Virus record (IMG/VR): IMGVR_UViG_3300045988_033553
Location: 1-59,936 of that record
Source of the DNA: a virus
Strand: one strand, 5' to 3'
DNA length: 59,936 bases
In this document: piece after piece, positions 27,901 through 36,483 of the stretch
Position numbering within the stretch: the stretch's first letter is position 1
Layout: the number at the start of each line of letters is the position of its first letter
The notes under the pieces: generated by a model
The model's database searches: none
Seen by the model: the letters and a program-made list of their open reading frames with translations, nothing else
What the model was told of the DNA's origin: nothing
Position numbers and translations under genes: made by a program

Positions 27901-28874
27901 GTCTGTTTCAATGTCAGTTCTGACATACCGAACTGACGTATAGAGTCCTGTGCAAACTCATTGACTTTTTTTGACATGTCACCAAAAGTAACATCAACAA
28001 CGTTCTGAACCTCTGTTAATGCCGATGATATGTCGATTGCATTTTTTATTCCTCTGATCGCTCCGTACAGACCAAGATAAATCCCCATAGAGGACAAAAT
28101 CTGTCTTGTGAATGACTTGAGTCCGATCAATGCTTTCCCTGTGGATGTCTTAAATCCAAGGAAAGAACCGGAAAGACTACTGATGCTGGTATTTAATCCG
28201 GAAATTGCGCCGCCAGACCTGTTGGAAAGATTGCCAAGTGCCTGCGTCATCTGAATGATATTCGAAGATACATTTGGTGCTTTTGAAAGCGTCTCAAACA
28301 GGTATTTGAGATTGTCAGCAAGCAAAGGAATATTTGTTACCGCGCGACCGCTTGCAACGCTTCCAAGCCTTGATATGGACGTTACAAGATTGCTCATATT
28401 GGTCATATCAAAATTCAATGCACCTATCTTGTTCATCTGGCGTACAAAGTTTTGTAACTGCGCAGATAAAGCCGGCAGATTCTTTGTCGCCTGTGTAGAT
28501 GCCTTGCCACCGATTTTTGACAACGCAGACACCATGCTTATGAGTCCGCTTGTATCAACAGCCTTAACACTTGCTATTCCAGATGCAAGATCTCTCACAG
28601 CAGAAGATATTCCGTGGATAGAATTTGCATCAACACCAGAAAATTTATTGAGTGCCCGCACCATTGATGTGATTTCCGAAGATTTACCACCTTTGAATCC
28701 GGTAGCCGCATCGGAAATGCTTCTGATTCCGCTTGCAATATTTGAAAGTTTTGCAGTGTCAAACGATATGCTTTCCCGGAGCCTATTCATGCTGTTTACA
28801 AGGCTTTCTATGGAATTACTTGCTTTTGCAGAGTCAGCTTTGATTTTTATTTGTAATTCATCAATGTCTGCCAT
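24999..28874 (-). CDS. tape measure protein
   Basis: 1291 aa with coiled-coil and TM-like segments, a G-rich linker and tandem W-rich repeats (KWDEFSxWW...PWFTKEKW); positioned after the chaperones. Confidence 0.9.
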   Translation of the reverse strand: MADIDELQIKIKADSAKASNSIESLVNSMNRLRESISFDTAKLSNIASGIRSISDAATGFKGGKSSEITSMVRALNKFSGVDANSIHGISSAVRDLASGIASVKAVDTSGLISMVSALSKIGGKASTQATKNLPALSAQLQNFVRQMNKIGALNFDMTNMSNLVTSISRLGSVASGRAVTNIPLLADNLKYLFETLSKAPNVSSNIIQMTQALGNLSNRSGGAISGLNTSISSLSGSFLGFKTSTGKALIGLKSFTRQILSSMGIYLGLYGAIRGIKNAIDISSALTEVQNVVDVTFGDMSKKVNEFAQDSIRQFGMSELTLKQTASRFQAMGTAMGIDSSLIKKANEFLNKQTDGYIGLSDSMADVSLNLTKLTADMASLYDVDQDVVSQDLAAIFTGQTRPLRDYGLDLTQATLKEWAMKQGLDSDIASMSQAEKTMLRYQYVLANTQTAQGDFARTADSWANQIRILKQSFEQLGSVIGGALINAFKPFVKALNSVLLVVISFVTKVTNALGAIFGWKYEDSGAGLADSFSDAAESAGDVADNTGQAAKNIDKMNKGIRQFDELKLITTNDGSGKKGSDGSGGGGASGGASGGKLVKTDTIFKNYESDIKNLKQLGKYISDALSKAMESINWDKIYSKARNFGKGLADFLNGLINPRLFGNVGKTIAGALNTAIYATLSFGQTFDWSNLGKSLAEGINKFFKTFDFKALAEDINTWVQGVYKTIKTMIENIKWSDVWKGVKDFLSNIDIETVEILLGAFALKLAGKLLTGKLLKETIGKLIGAKFTAAFGSTAAKSLLSYAIPISLAVVVATLSFTVGKDSIKKDVNNLKKAYEKGGFLQYLQESFKQLLNPFEWINTYGGGVLSHDTVMDKLGIGNGMNVDEFVKNLPKKEDYKSLDDFQKALNEFNDNMPNKLNVPDSFDLKAWIDEWKNINGLDDVDLRADVVLPNLQEKISEFKDNVKEWWGLNVELPVHNKLTTTENDISSWWEDVKNYWGEKKLSVKAEIDSIKEKIKEKWDEALTYIQENIFPWFTKEKWMEVGNGIKEGLSAKWDEFSDWWQKTGIYNWWENHVKPWFTKEKWDEQGDGMKKGLSEKWDEFSNWWSTSGIGSWWTNHVAPYFTKDNWTFSGISDGLKQAFDNAVAGIKQVWNNFATWLNSKLSFSWDSVNIGGKEIIQAGNINLGKIPTFATGGFPEDGLFFANHGEMVGQFSNGNTAVANNSQIVEGIKAGVKSAVSEALTPYLSQIAQNTSENSGIKVELDGKVIYDSTVKQWKSEARRTQRNPVPIF

Positions 28875-28938
28875 ATATGCACCAACTTTCTATGCAAAAT
28901 AAAAAGACGGTAAGCTGTGACACCTTACCGTCCTTGAT

Positions 28939-29691
28939 CTACTCTTTTAATTTTTCTCTTGTAACCGGTCCGCATTTCTTATCTACTGTAATTCCGACTT
29001 TTTTCTGGAATGTTCCAATACCGGTCGCCGTATCATTTCCAAGAATACCGTCCACATTACTGTTTCCCTTTTTATCTTTTTCATCCAGACATCCGTGATA
29101 AATAAGCTCCGTCTGAAGCCATCTCACATCATCCCCTCTCATGCAAGGAAATTTTTTCTTTAAAATCCTTGCAGGTTCCGGGTATGGGTTTAAATGATCT
29201 TTTACATTTTTTCTAGGGTTTCCGCTTGTCACAATCGCTGTATGACCTTTTGTTTTTGTGACAATAACATCTCCGTTGTAAAGAACCATTCCTGCCGCAT
29301 AACCTCCAATGTCATCAAACATGCCACTAGAAAGAAGTACAGATTTTTCATTTGCTGTGGTGAAATTTCCAACATCTTTTCCAGTTGCATGAATAATGCA
29401 TGCACGTACCGTTGTGCCGCAATCTGCTTCTGTTTTTACTTTTGAATTAATACCATATTTGACAATTCCAAGCCGGTGTCCCTGACAGTAGCCAATATTA
29501 TCATTATTGCACGCTGTAATCATTGATTCTGCCAGTTTATCCGCCATATCTTTTGTTTTTGGCCTTAACACATACCATCCTTTTTTATGAACATAAAAGT
29601 TTTGCATACTTACTTCTGTTCCGGTCTGATCTCCCGGTCTCCCACCGGTCAATTTCCCATTTTCATCATGTCTTGCAGATCCAATTCTCAT
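28939..29691 (-). CDS. NlpC/P60-like peptidase with a C-terminal PG_binding_1 domain (lysin)
   Basis: MRIGSARHDENGKLTGGRPGDQTGTEV N-terminus; putative catalytic DCGTTVRAC and GHTAIV; C-terminus GDDVRWLQTEL...VDGILGNDTATGIGTFQKKVG. Confidence 0.65.
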   Translation of the reverse strand: MRIGSARHDENGKLTGGRPGDQTGTEVSMQNFYVHKKGWYVLRPKTKDMADKLAESMITACNNDNIGYCQGHRLGIVKYGINSKVKTEADCGTTVRACIIHATGKDVGNFTTANEKSVLLSSGMFDDIGGYAAGMVLYNGDVIVTKTKGHTAIVTSGNPRKNVKDHLNPYPEPARILKKKFPCMRGDDVRWLQTELIYHGCLDEKDKKGNSNVDGILGNDTATGIGTFQKKVGITVDKKCGPVTREKLKE

Positions 29692-29693
29692 AT

Positions 29694-30029
29694 TTATACC
29701 TCCAAGTTCTTTTCTGGTTTTGGGTGGCTCAACTCATAGTTTGACTGCATGACTTTAAGTTTTGCCACAAATAGCTCTCTCTGTTTCTTTATTTCTTCTT
29801 CCGTCATTTCTGAATCATCTTTCCCTTGTTGCTCATTGATTGGTTTTTTAATATACTTTGATTTTGCTTTTCGTCCGGCAAGGCAATGTTCTACTGCCAC
29901 CGATACCGCTGACAATCCATATGTTCCAAACCACATCCACATCTCATTGTCTCTTTGCTTTTTATCTAAGTTATAAGCATCCGCATAAGGCTGCAAATCA
30001 GCCGGGCAGGACGTGTCTATGTCACGCAC
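29694..30029 (-). CDS. tail assembly chaperone -1 frameshift extension (gpT-like)
   Basis: This frame is open upstream past 30180 and overlaps the end of 30116-30514 in the -1 frame; candidate slip at G-AAA-AAG just before the chaperone stop. Confidence 0.5.
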   Translation of the reverse strand: MRDIDTSCPADLQPYADAYNLDKKQRDNEMWMWFGTYGLSAVSVAVEHCLAGRKAKSKYIKKPINEQQGKDDSEMTEEEIKKQRELFVAKLKVMQSNYELSHPKPEKNLEV

Positions 30030-30115
30030 GGTAAATCCATACCCTTTTGTAACTAAAAGCCAGAATGGGCGGATTTCCGCACAATATGTTCCCCATGTAA
30101 GTTCTCTCTGTTCTT

Positions 30116-30514
30116 CTACTTTTTCCTCGGAGTTTTCTTCTCCGCTTCTTTCTGATCTGCTTTGAGCAGTTTTGATAAAAAACCGTTTTCAAGCAGCTCC
30201 GCTAAAAGTGCATTGTAAAGTACCTGAACATCTGCATCTTCTCCGTCAAAGTAGTCATCCAGCATGGCATATACTTTTCCAAGCTGCTGTTCCTTTTCTC
30301 CGTCATTTTCCGGGTTGTATCCAAGTTCCTCTTTGTGAAACTTCTGCGCTCCAACAAGTATTAACTCTGGAAGAAATAAAAGGATTTCGTCAACCGCTTC
30401 AATATCTTCCATCTGGTCTAATTTTGCTACTTTCTTGATAATTCCGCTTTTCACGGTTGCTTCATATCCAAACTTAATCTGTAATTCTTTCTCGCCAAAT
30501 TTTAATTTTGTCAT
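30116..30514 (-). CDS. tail assembly chaperone (gpG-like)
   Basis: Start at MTKLKFGEKEL; lies between the major tail protein and the TMP; acidic. Confidence 0.55.
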   Translation of the reverse strand: MTKLKFGEKELQIKFGYEATVKSGIIKKVAKLDQMEDIEAVDEILLFLPELILVGAQKFHKEELGYNPENDGEKEQQLGKVYAMLDDYFDGEDADVQVLYNALLAELLENGFLSKLLKADQKEAEKKTPRKK

Positions 30515-30546
30515 TTTCTTTCCCTTTCTCCCTCTCATATAGGGAA

Positions 30547-30568
30547 AGGGCAGTCCTAAGACTGCCCT
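30547..30568 (-). terminator. 9-bp GC-rich hairpin after the major tail gene (attenuator-like, weak T-run)
   Basis: AGGGCAGTC/GACTGCCCT perfect stem with a 4-nt loop. Confidence 0.4.
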
Positions 30569-30651
30569 ATTCTTTTAAATTGTTTCTTCAAGCTCTGGCT
30601 CGGTTGTCTGGTTATCGTCAGCCGATTCAACCGAACTATTCGACTGACGTG

Positions 30652-31128
30652 TTATTCCCCCGGTGTAAAAGCTACAGCGGTGTCCATGCCCTTGTATTCC
30701 TCAATGGTAAGGTTCATTTCAACCGTCAAAAGCTCATTCTGACCAATTTCCGGCTGTGGGATCTGCTCCGGTGGCTGTGCGACAACAAAAAACGCATCGG
30801 TAAATCCAGGAATAATAGTTTCAAACCACATTCTTTTCCCGCCGGAAAGCGCCTTGTACGCTGCGATAAGTGTTTCCCACTCTTCCTTTGTGGCATCCGT
30901 AAGGTTTACCGTGATAGGGAAAGAGCCACCGGTATCTGCGCGCCCCTTTACATATCTGGTAATAGCATCTTCTAATGCAGATGCGTCAATCTGTTCCGGC
31001 TCAATGTTGATACCGCCGATTGCGTTAATTCTTGTAAGCTGTTTAAACGATGTAGGCTTTGTTCCGGCTGTGGTTTCTGTTCCATAGCCAAACGTAATGC
31101 CTAACGTAGATAATCCTGCTTCTGCCAT
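30652..31128 (-). CDS. major tail protein
   Basis: Start at MAEAGLSTLGITFGYGTET; position upstream of the chaperones; flanked by hairpins. Confidence 0.6.
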   Translation of the reverse strand: MAEAGLSTLGITFGYGTETTAGTKPTSFKQLTRINAIGGINIEPEQIDASALEDAITRYVKGRADTGGSFPITVNLTDATKEEWETLIAAYKALSGGKRMWFETIIPGFTDAFFVVAQPPEQIPQPEIGQNELLTVEMNLTIEEYKGMDTAVAFTPGE

Positions 31129-31191
31129 TTTTACCTCTCTTTCTACCGCCAAATAATGCGGTTATCGGGCGCATCTTTTTGCACCCGGTGC

Positions 31192-31216
31192 ATAAAAAAT
31201 AGAGCCTTTCGGCTCT
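31192..31216 (-). terminator. rho-independent terminator
   Basis: Minus-strand AGAGCC-GAAA-GGCTCT followed by ATTTTTTAT. Confidence 0.55.
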
Positions 31217-31217
31217 T

Positions 31218-31649
31218 TTACATCAATCTGTCGTTGGCTCCGATTATCCGCCGGAACCTTGCAACGCTTCTAAATTTTTTCTCACTGTCATTTTTAAACT
31301 CCGGCATTGCTGTGATTTGAAATCGCATCTGTTTAAAGGCATCAGCTAAAATAGCCATAATCCCTTTTGCATCGCTCTGCTTTGTGTTTGTAATGACGTC
31401 AACCTGTATTGTTTCCTGCACCGCATTTACGGATGTGCCCTCTAAATCTGCCCCACGTTCAAGCCCCGGCATCTCGTGAATGTAAATGGTCGGGAAAACA
31501 GGGCCTTTATCAAGGTTCTTTTCAACCGTTGTAAATGCAGTGTCAAAATTCATGCTTTTGTATTTTTTCTTGAGTTTTGGTTTGGCTATCGTTACAACAT
31601 TGGAGAAAATGTTTGTTTCAAGATCAAATACCCACTGGTTGTCTGCCAT
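31218..31649 (-). CDS. hypothetical structural protein (tail-terminator position)
   Basis: 143 aa; synteny only. Confidence 0.4.
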   Translation of the reverse strand: MADNQWVFDLETNIFSNVVTIAKPKLKKKYKSMNFDTAFTTVEKNLDKGPVFPTIYIHEMPGLERGADLEGTSVNAVQETIQVDVITNTKQSDAKGIMAILADAFKQMRFQITAMPEFKNDSEKKFRSVARFRRIIGANDRLM

Positions 31650-31942
31650 TATTTAACCACCTCATATGTTTTCTTGAAAATATCCGGCTTGCATGGATAT
31701 AATTCTCCACTTACACCGCGGATAATATAATCTCCAACAGTAACATGATGGTTTCCTTCAAGCGTCTTAATGTAAAGTTCGCATGGCGGCGCGTCTTCTG
31801 AAATCGGATTCTGGTAAAACAAAACGCCTTTTTCAAATGCTTCTGACGCCCATTTCGGCACGTACCAATTACCGTTTTTATCCTTTAAATCTCCGTCATA
31901 CTGAAATGCTTCAATTACTACCGGTTTTTTCCTGTACTTCAT
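31649..31942 (-). CDS. hypothetical phage protein (MKYRKKPVVIEAFQ-type)
   Basis: Recurrent phage small-protein N-terminus; GDYIIRG...YPCKPDIFKKTYE. Confidence 0.5.
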   Translation of the reverse strand: MKYRKKPVVIEAFQYDGDLKDKNGNWYVPKWASEAFEKGVLFYQNPISEDAPPCELYIKTLEGNHHVTVGDYIIRGVSGELYPCKPDIFKKTYEVVK

Positions 31943-32469
31943 TATCCAAACACCTCCTTCGCTGTCTGTGTAACAATCTGGCGCAATTCATTTGCGGTCA
32001 GATACATAAATGGTCGGCTTGGCATTCCCTCTGTAAACCACCAATCGCCATTGTCGTCCTGATAAAACCATCCATATCTTCCATCTGAAATCTGATGAAT
32101 AGTTTTTCCACTTGCGTACTGCCACGAGACACCTTTCGGCAGTTTCCCAGGATAAGGACTTTGCTGTCCCACAATTCCGGTTCCAAACTCAACAAATGCG
32201 GCATGGTCTGTACCGGCTATTACCGCCCATATACCGCCGCCCTTAGTGCTTCCTTCATATTCCGCATGAACACTTGAAATCAGTTCCGATGTAAATATTG
32301 CGTCAAGGTCAGCAATTTGCACTCTGGCAATCTCTACGCCCTTTTCCGCGAGTTTTTCTGCCAATAGCTGACATTTATATGTCAATCTGTTTTGATAGGA
32401 TCTAAGATCTCGTATGGCGTTTTGAACAGACTTTTCAGACAGGCTCATTGTGATTACTTTTTTTCCCAT
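31942..32469 (-). CDS. HK97 gp10-like head-tail joining protein
   Basis: N-terminus LSEKSVQNAIRDLRSYQNRL and overall size and position resemble the gp10 family. Confidence 0.5.
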   Translation of the reverse strand: MGKKVITMSLSEKSVQNAIRDLRSYQNRLTYKCQLLAEKLAEKGVEIARVQIADLDAIFTSELISSVHAEYEGSTKGGGIWAVIAGTDHAAFVEFGTGIVGQQSPYPGKLPKGVSWQYASGKTIHQISDGRYGWFYQDDNGDWWFTEGMPSRPFMYLTANELRQIVTQTAKEVFG

Positions 32470-32476
32470 TCAGCAC

Positions 32477-32947
32477 CTACTTCACATTTTTTTGCAATAA
32501 AAACAAATCAACCGTCAATCCTTCGTCTGCGACACCTTTTACGATGTAATCAGCCGAATTTTCATCAACGATTGTATTCTCTTCATCTTTGTACCTTACA
32601 TCTGACCGTTTCCATACCAAAGAGCCGACGCTCAATGGAAGCTTTCCTTTGTCTTCTACGATCTGAACAAAATTTGTAGAGTTATCTACACCAAATTCTT
32701 TTATAAGTGCTTCGCTCAACTTATTGCTGATCGAAGAATAAAAAACCACAGGCTTTTCATAACCTGTGGTATACTCTCCGGTTGTCTTCGGTATCTTGTT
32801 CCCGTCATCATCAAGGTAATAAATTACATTTCCATCAGAGTCGGTATATGACGAATATTCAATGTTTCCATCATCGTCCGTCACATACACAGGAACCTTG
32901 CCGCTCTGTAGCGAATAATTCATTTTTTGCTTGTTAATTTCAAGCAT
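32477..32947 (-). CDS. hypothetical structural protein, 156 aa
   Basis: Intact ORF in the head-tail module. Confidence 0.45.
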   Translation of the reverse strand: MLEINKQKMNYSLQSGKVPVYVTDDDGNIEYSSYTDSDGNVIYYLDDDGNKIPKTTGEYTTGYEKPVVFYSSISNKLSEALIKEFGVDNSTNFVQIVEDKGKLPLSVGSLVWKRSDVRYKDEENTIVDENSADYIVKGVADEGLTVDLFLLQKNVK

Positions 32948-32948
32948 T

Positions 32949-33278
32949 TCACTTCACATCCTTGCCGAACCGTTTCCACAGTTCAGAAAGCTTTTCCCAG
33001 CCATACATCGCAACAAACGCAACAATAAATCCTGCAATAATAGCCGCCAAAATCATATACCATAAAATTGATGTCTGAATGTACTGCATATACGCCACAA
33101 ATGCGGCTACAGTAATACCAATGGAAAGTACAAACACAAGAATGTCTGTCGGTAATTTAGAAAATACGCTTACTCCTTTGATTACCTGCGTTACCACAGA
33201 TACAACAAACGCCAGTGCGCCAATAATTGCCAAAATAATAGTCATGTTTGCAATTACATTTTGTAAAATATCCATCAT
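32949..33278 (-). CDS. holin-like protein (3 TM helices, charged C-terminus)
   Basis: 109 aa; three hydrophobic segments and a tail EKLSELWKRFGKDVK. Confidence 0.5.
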   Translation of the reverse strand: MMDILQNVIANMTIILAIIGALAFVVSVVTQVIKGVSVFSKLPTDILVFVLSIGITVAAFVAYMQYIQTSILWYMILAAIIAGFIVAFVAMYGWEKLSELWKRFGKDVK

Positions 33279-33592
33279 TAATCCTCCTTGTCATCATTAA
33301 GACGTGTTTCTATTGTATCAAGTCTGTGATGCGCAGATTTCACGCTTTCCTCAACCTTTATAATTCTGTTGTCGTGAGAATTTATTTCTTTTCTCATCTC
33401 CGAAACTTCATTCTTGATCTCGGTTGTGTTGTTTGAAATGGCATCCAACTTCATGTTAATGCGTGTGTTCTCCCGCACGCGCTCTTCAAGATCCGTGTTG
33501 TCTGTCCTTTTGTTGCTCTTCAAGCCCATAAAGACGGAAAAACCAAGCGACAGCACGCTTATAATGATTGCTGTTGATATCTCAATCGTCAA
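33278..33592 (-). CDS. N-terminal TM plus coiled-coil protein (BhlA/UviB- or XhlA-like architecture)
   Basis: MTIEISTAIIISVLSLGFSVFMGL, then a heptad-rich region; ATGA-coupled to the holin-like gene. Confidence 0.4.
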   Translation of the reverse strand: MTIEISTAIIISVLSLGFSVFMGLKSNKRTDNTDLEERVRENTRINMKLDAISNNTTEIKNEVSEMRKEINSHDNRIIKVEESVKSAHHRLDTIETRLNDDKED

Positions 33593-33719
33593 ATCATATA
33601 CCGCCTTTCATTTTTTATGGCACACCGCCCACCACCGCTCAATGTGTGCCGCCTGCTACGTTTTGCCAACATCGGCAAAACGTAACGCACAATCTTCTAA
33701 ACTCCTCGAAATCGAGGGG

Positions 33720-34100
33720 TTATAATGCTTTTACAAACGGAAATACTCCCACAAACAAGCTTTCCCTGTCTTTCCAGCTACGGCTTACGCCGTTTTCTGA
33801 ATAACTTGCCATATAGGCTTCTCCTGCCTGTGAATGGTCGTACACGGCTAAATTGACGATTACATCTTCAAACTGTTTCAAGTCTTCTGATATTTTTTCA
33901 TCCGTGTAGCTTTCCGGGTAATTCCGCTTGCTTACCACTTCATTTCTTGCCTGCTTGATAAGCTGTTCGATGTAAGGGTTATCTTCTTTCTTGTCGAACA
34001 CAACAACATCAGAAGTAATACCATCTTCATCCGTAACGGTTTCAATATGAAATTGTTTCAGCCTGATTTTTACCTGCTCTAATATTGTATATTCATCCAT
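33720..34100 (-). CDS. gp6-like head-tail connector (adaptor)
   Basis: 126 aa. MDEYTILEQVKIRLKQFHIET...DDLIKQ-type pattern and position after the capsid gene. Confidence 0.5.
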   Translation of the reverse strand: MDEYTILEQVKIRLKQFHIETVTDEDGITSDVVVFDKKEDNPYIEQLIKQARNEVVSKRNYPESYTDEKISEDLKQFEDVIVNLAVYDHSQAGEAYMASYSENGVSRSWKDRESLFVGVFPFVKAL

Positions 34101-34110
34101 TCTTCCCCAC

Positions 34111-34359
34111 CTACAATCCGAACTGCTCGATCAAAATGCGTTTCAGTTCCGCTCCACTGATTTCTTCTGCACCATCGATCCCATGTTCAGCGGCAAGTGC
34201 CTGTAAATCAGCAGTGCTCATTCTGTTAATCTCTGTCTTGGTGTACTCGCCAGAAGATTTCTCTCCCGGAACAATGCCCGGGATTTCATCTCCTGCTTTA
34301 TACCATCTTCCATTGCGCTTTACTGTATATTCAGCAATCATACCGCACCTCCTACGCAA
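34111..34359 (-). CDS. hypothetical protein with Rho_N/SAP-like C-terminus
   Basis: STADLQALAAEHGIDGAEEISGAELKRILIEQ. Confidence 0.45.
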   Translation of the reverse strand: MRRRCGMIAEYTVKRNGRWYKAGDEIPGIVPGEKSSGEYTKTEINRMSTADLQALAAEHGIDGAEEISGAELKRILIEQFGL

Positions 34360-35446
34360 CTTTCATGACAACAACGCTGTCCATGCCCTCAAAAGTAGGC
34401 AATCCGATCATTGACACAATGCAATGCGTGTTGATCGGATGATTTGTTGCGTATGTATATACCGAAATACCGGTTTCTACAATAGAAAGGTTTCCGTCTG
34501 TTAAACTTCCGCTTCTCTCTTCCGGTGTCTTTCCAAAGACATAATCTCCAAGGTACACGCCGGATGCCTGCGCTGAAATAACTCCTGTAGGAATAAAATA
34601 TTTGGTGGCACCGTCTGCCGGGTCGATGTAAAGTTTGTCGTAAACTTCAATCTCGATGCCGTATCCTCTAAGATACTCTGTAACCTGCCCCTGCTGTAAA
34701 CGAATACCTCCATTGTAAGCAGTAATTCCAAGCACCTGTTTCTTTGTGTCTTCTGCCTTAAGAACCATTTCCCATGTTTCTGTATTCATGCTAAAACGCG
34801 CAAGGGAATATCCGGTTTTCTTTGCAAACTCACGTTTAATCTCGATAAGGTCATCAAGTGGCGTTGCTGTTTCGGATGCAGACCATTTATCAGTATCGCT
34901 TCCGGAGATATCCTTGTAATGATCTCTCTTGTGCGCCACTCCATTGTCCGAAGTATAATCAACATAGTAGCTCTTTCCGCCAATTGTTACCTGTACTCTT
35001 GGGATGCCATCAGATGGTGCTAATAACTGCCAAATCTGGCGTTCCGGCACTACTCTTGCCCCATCAATAAGCATCATCGGTTTTTTGCTGATTTCTCTAA
35101 GCACCTGGTTTGCTATGTTGGAATTTTCTGCCGACTGGTAATTTGCATACTCCTGCTCTTCACGCTCTGTTACCATGTAAGATTCACGGTAGAAAGGCAT
35201 CTCGTTCTGAATGTCCGAAAATCCACCAACGTCTCTTAACTCTGCCTGCGCATCAAAATTGGATGCCTTTAAGGATACTGGAAGACCGTTTTTCCCTTTG
35301 ATAAATCTAAGCTCAAGGCTGTCCTGTTTTCTGGTTCCAAATTTCTGTCTACCTAAGTAAGGCGCAGAACCAAGCGTTTTTTCATAATTATTCCACATAA
35401 CCCCAAGACTTCTTGCGGTAAATGCTTCTGCTAATGGTAATGCCAT
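34352..35446 (-). CDS. major capsid protein (E-like family)
   Basis: 364 aa. N-terminus MALPLAEAFTARSLGVMWNNYEKTL...LELRFIKGKNGLPVSLKASNFDA fits Phage_cap_E; follows the scaffold and decoration genes. Confidence 0.85.
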   Translation of the reverse strand: MALPLAEAFTARSLGVMWNNYEKTLGSAPYLGRQKFGTRKQDSLELRFIKGKNGLPVSLKASNFDAQAELRDVGGFSDIQNEMPFYRESYMVTEREEQEYANYQSAENSNIANQVLREISKKPMMLIDGARVVPERQIWQLLAPSDGIPRVQVTIGGKSYYVDYTSDNGVAHKRDHYKDISGSDTDKWSASETATPLDDLIEIKREFAKKTGYSLARFSMNTETWEMVLKAEDTKKQVLGITAYNGGIRLQQGQVTEYLRGYGIEIEVYDKLYIDPADGATKYFIPTGVISAQASGVYLGDYVFGKTPEERSGSLTDGNLSIVETGISVYTYATNHPINTHCIVSMIGLPTFEGMDSVVVMKVA

Positions 35447-35465
35447 TCTCTAATACCTCCATTTC

Positions 35466-35795
35466 TTAATCAAAAAAAGTGACACGCGGTGTTGCTGCTT
35501 TTGCAGTTGCTTCCACGGTCACTCCGTTCGCTGTTACCTTTGCGCTGTCAATAGAACCCTGATATACATAAGTTCCAGGCGCATCTCCCATTGTTACGTC
35601 AACATCTTCCAGAAGATACCCTTTGCAAGATTCGTCATTGCTTGGGAACGGTGTCCCTGCCTTTGCAATCTTCTTTCCGTTTGCATCGGCACTTGTTACC
35701 ATTGTCTGCGGAACGATGCACGCCGCACCCTCATAAGGAAAGAATTTTAAAATTCCTTTACTCTGTGTAAAGTCTCTTTCAATTGGTTTTCCCAT
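35466..35795 (-). CDS. head decoration-position protein, hypothetical
   Basis: 109 aa between the scaffold and MCP genes. Confidence 0.4.
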   Translation of the reverse strand: MGKPIERDFTQSKGILKFFPYEGAACIVPQTMVTSADANGKKIAKAGTPFPSNDESCKGYLLEDVDVTMGDAPGTYVYQGSIDSAKVTANGVTVEATAKAATPRVTFFD

Positions 35796-35805
35796 AATTT
35801 ACCTC

Positions 35806-36354
35806 CTATAAAACATAATGGTCTTTGGCTTCTGCATTTTTTGCCGGTTCGCCAAAGCTGATACTTTCGGCATTTTCAACATCTGCCGTTTTTTTATTTT
35901 CTCCACCTGCAGTACCGCCACCAGGATTAGTAGTATTATTTGCAATCTCCTGTTCCTTTGCCTGCGCTGCTGCTGTTTCCTTTTCGGATGTAATCTTTCC
36001 AAGAGCGTCATAATCAAGGCTTCCATCATCTTTGATGACCGTTTTTGCCTGCTCTGCATTGATTTTTAACTTTTCCATCAATGCTTCTCGCTGGTCTCTG
36101 ATGGCGTTTTTCTTCTGCATATCTGCAATCTGCTGATTTGCTGTCTCTAACTCCTTGTTTGCTTTTTCAAGTTCCGTGAGGTTTCCTGCTTCCATTTCAT
36201 CCAGCTTTTTCTGCAACTCATCTGCGCTGTCTGCCTTTGCCTTAAGCTCTGCTGCTTTTGCCTGTTCTCTCTGTACGGCACTGCCGTAATCAGCAATGAT
36301 TTTCTCAACATTTTCCTCACTGATACCCATTGCAATTAACTCTTCTCTTTTCAT
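35806..36354 (-). CDS. capsid scaffolding protein
   Basis: 182 aa, highly charged coiled coil (EQAKAAELKAKADSADELQKKLDEMEAGN), located after the portal gene. Confidence 0.65.
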   Translation of the reverse strand: MKREELIAMGISEENVEKIIADYGSAVQREQAKAAELKAKADSADELQKKLDEMEAGNLTELEKANKELETANQQIADMQKKNAIRDQREALMEKLKINAEQAKTVIKDDGSLDYDALGKITSEKETAAAQAKEQEIANNTTNPGGGTAGGENKKTADVENAESISFGEPAKNAEAKDHYVL

Positions 36355-36446
36355 TGATTACCTCCGATATGTCTTTACGAATTTTTGCGGTGCAACGACA
36401 CCGAATGACACTGTTGTTTTTTACGCTCACAACTTTGCGAATTTTT

Positions 36447-36483
36447 ATAAAATAAAAACAGCCGCCGATTACTCGGTAGCTGT
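36447..36483 (-). terminator. hairpin plus T-run overlapping the portal stop codon
   Basis: Minus-strand ACAGCTACCGAGTAATCGGCGGCTGT followed by TTTTATTTT. Confidence 0.5.
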
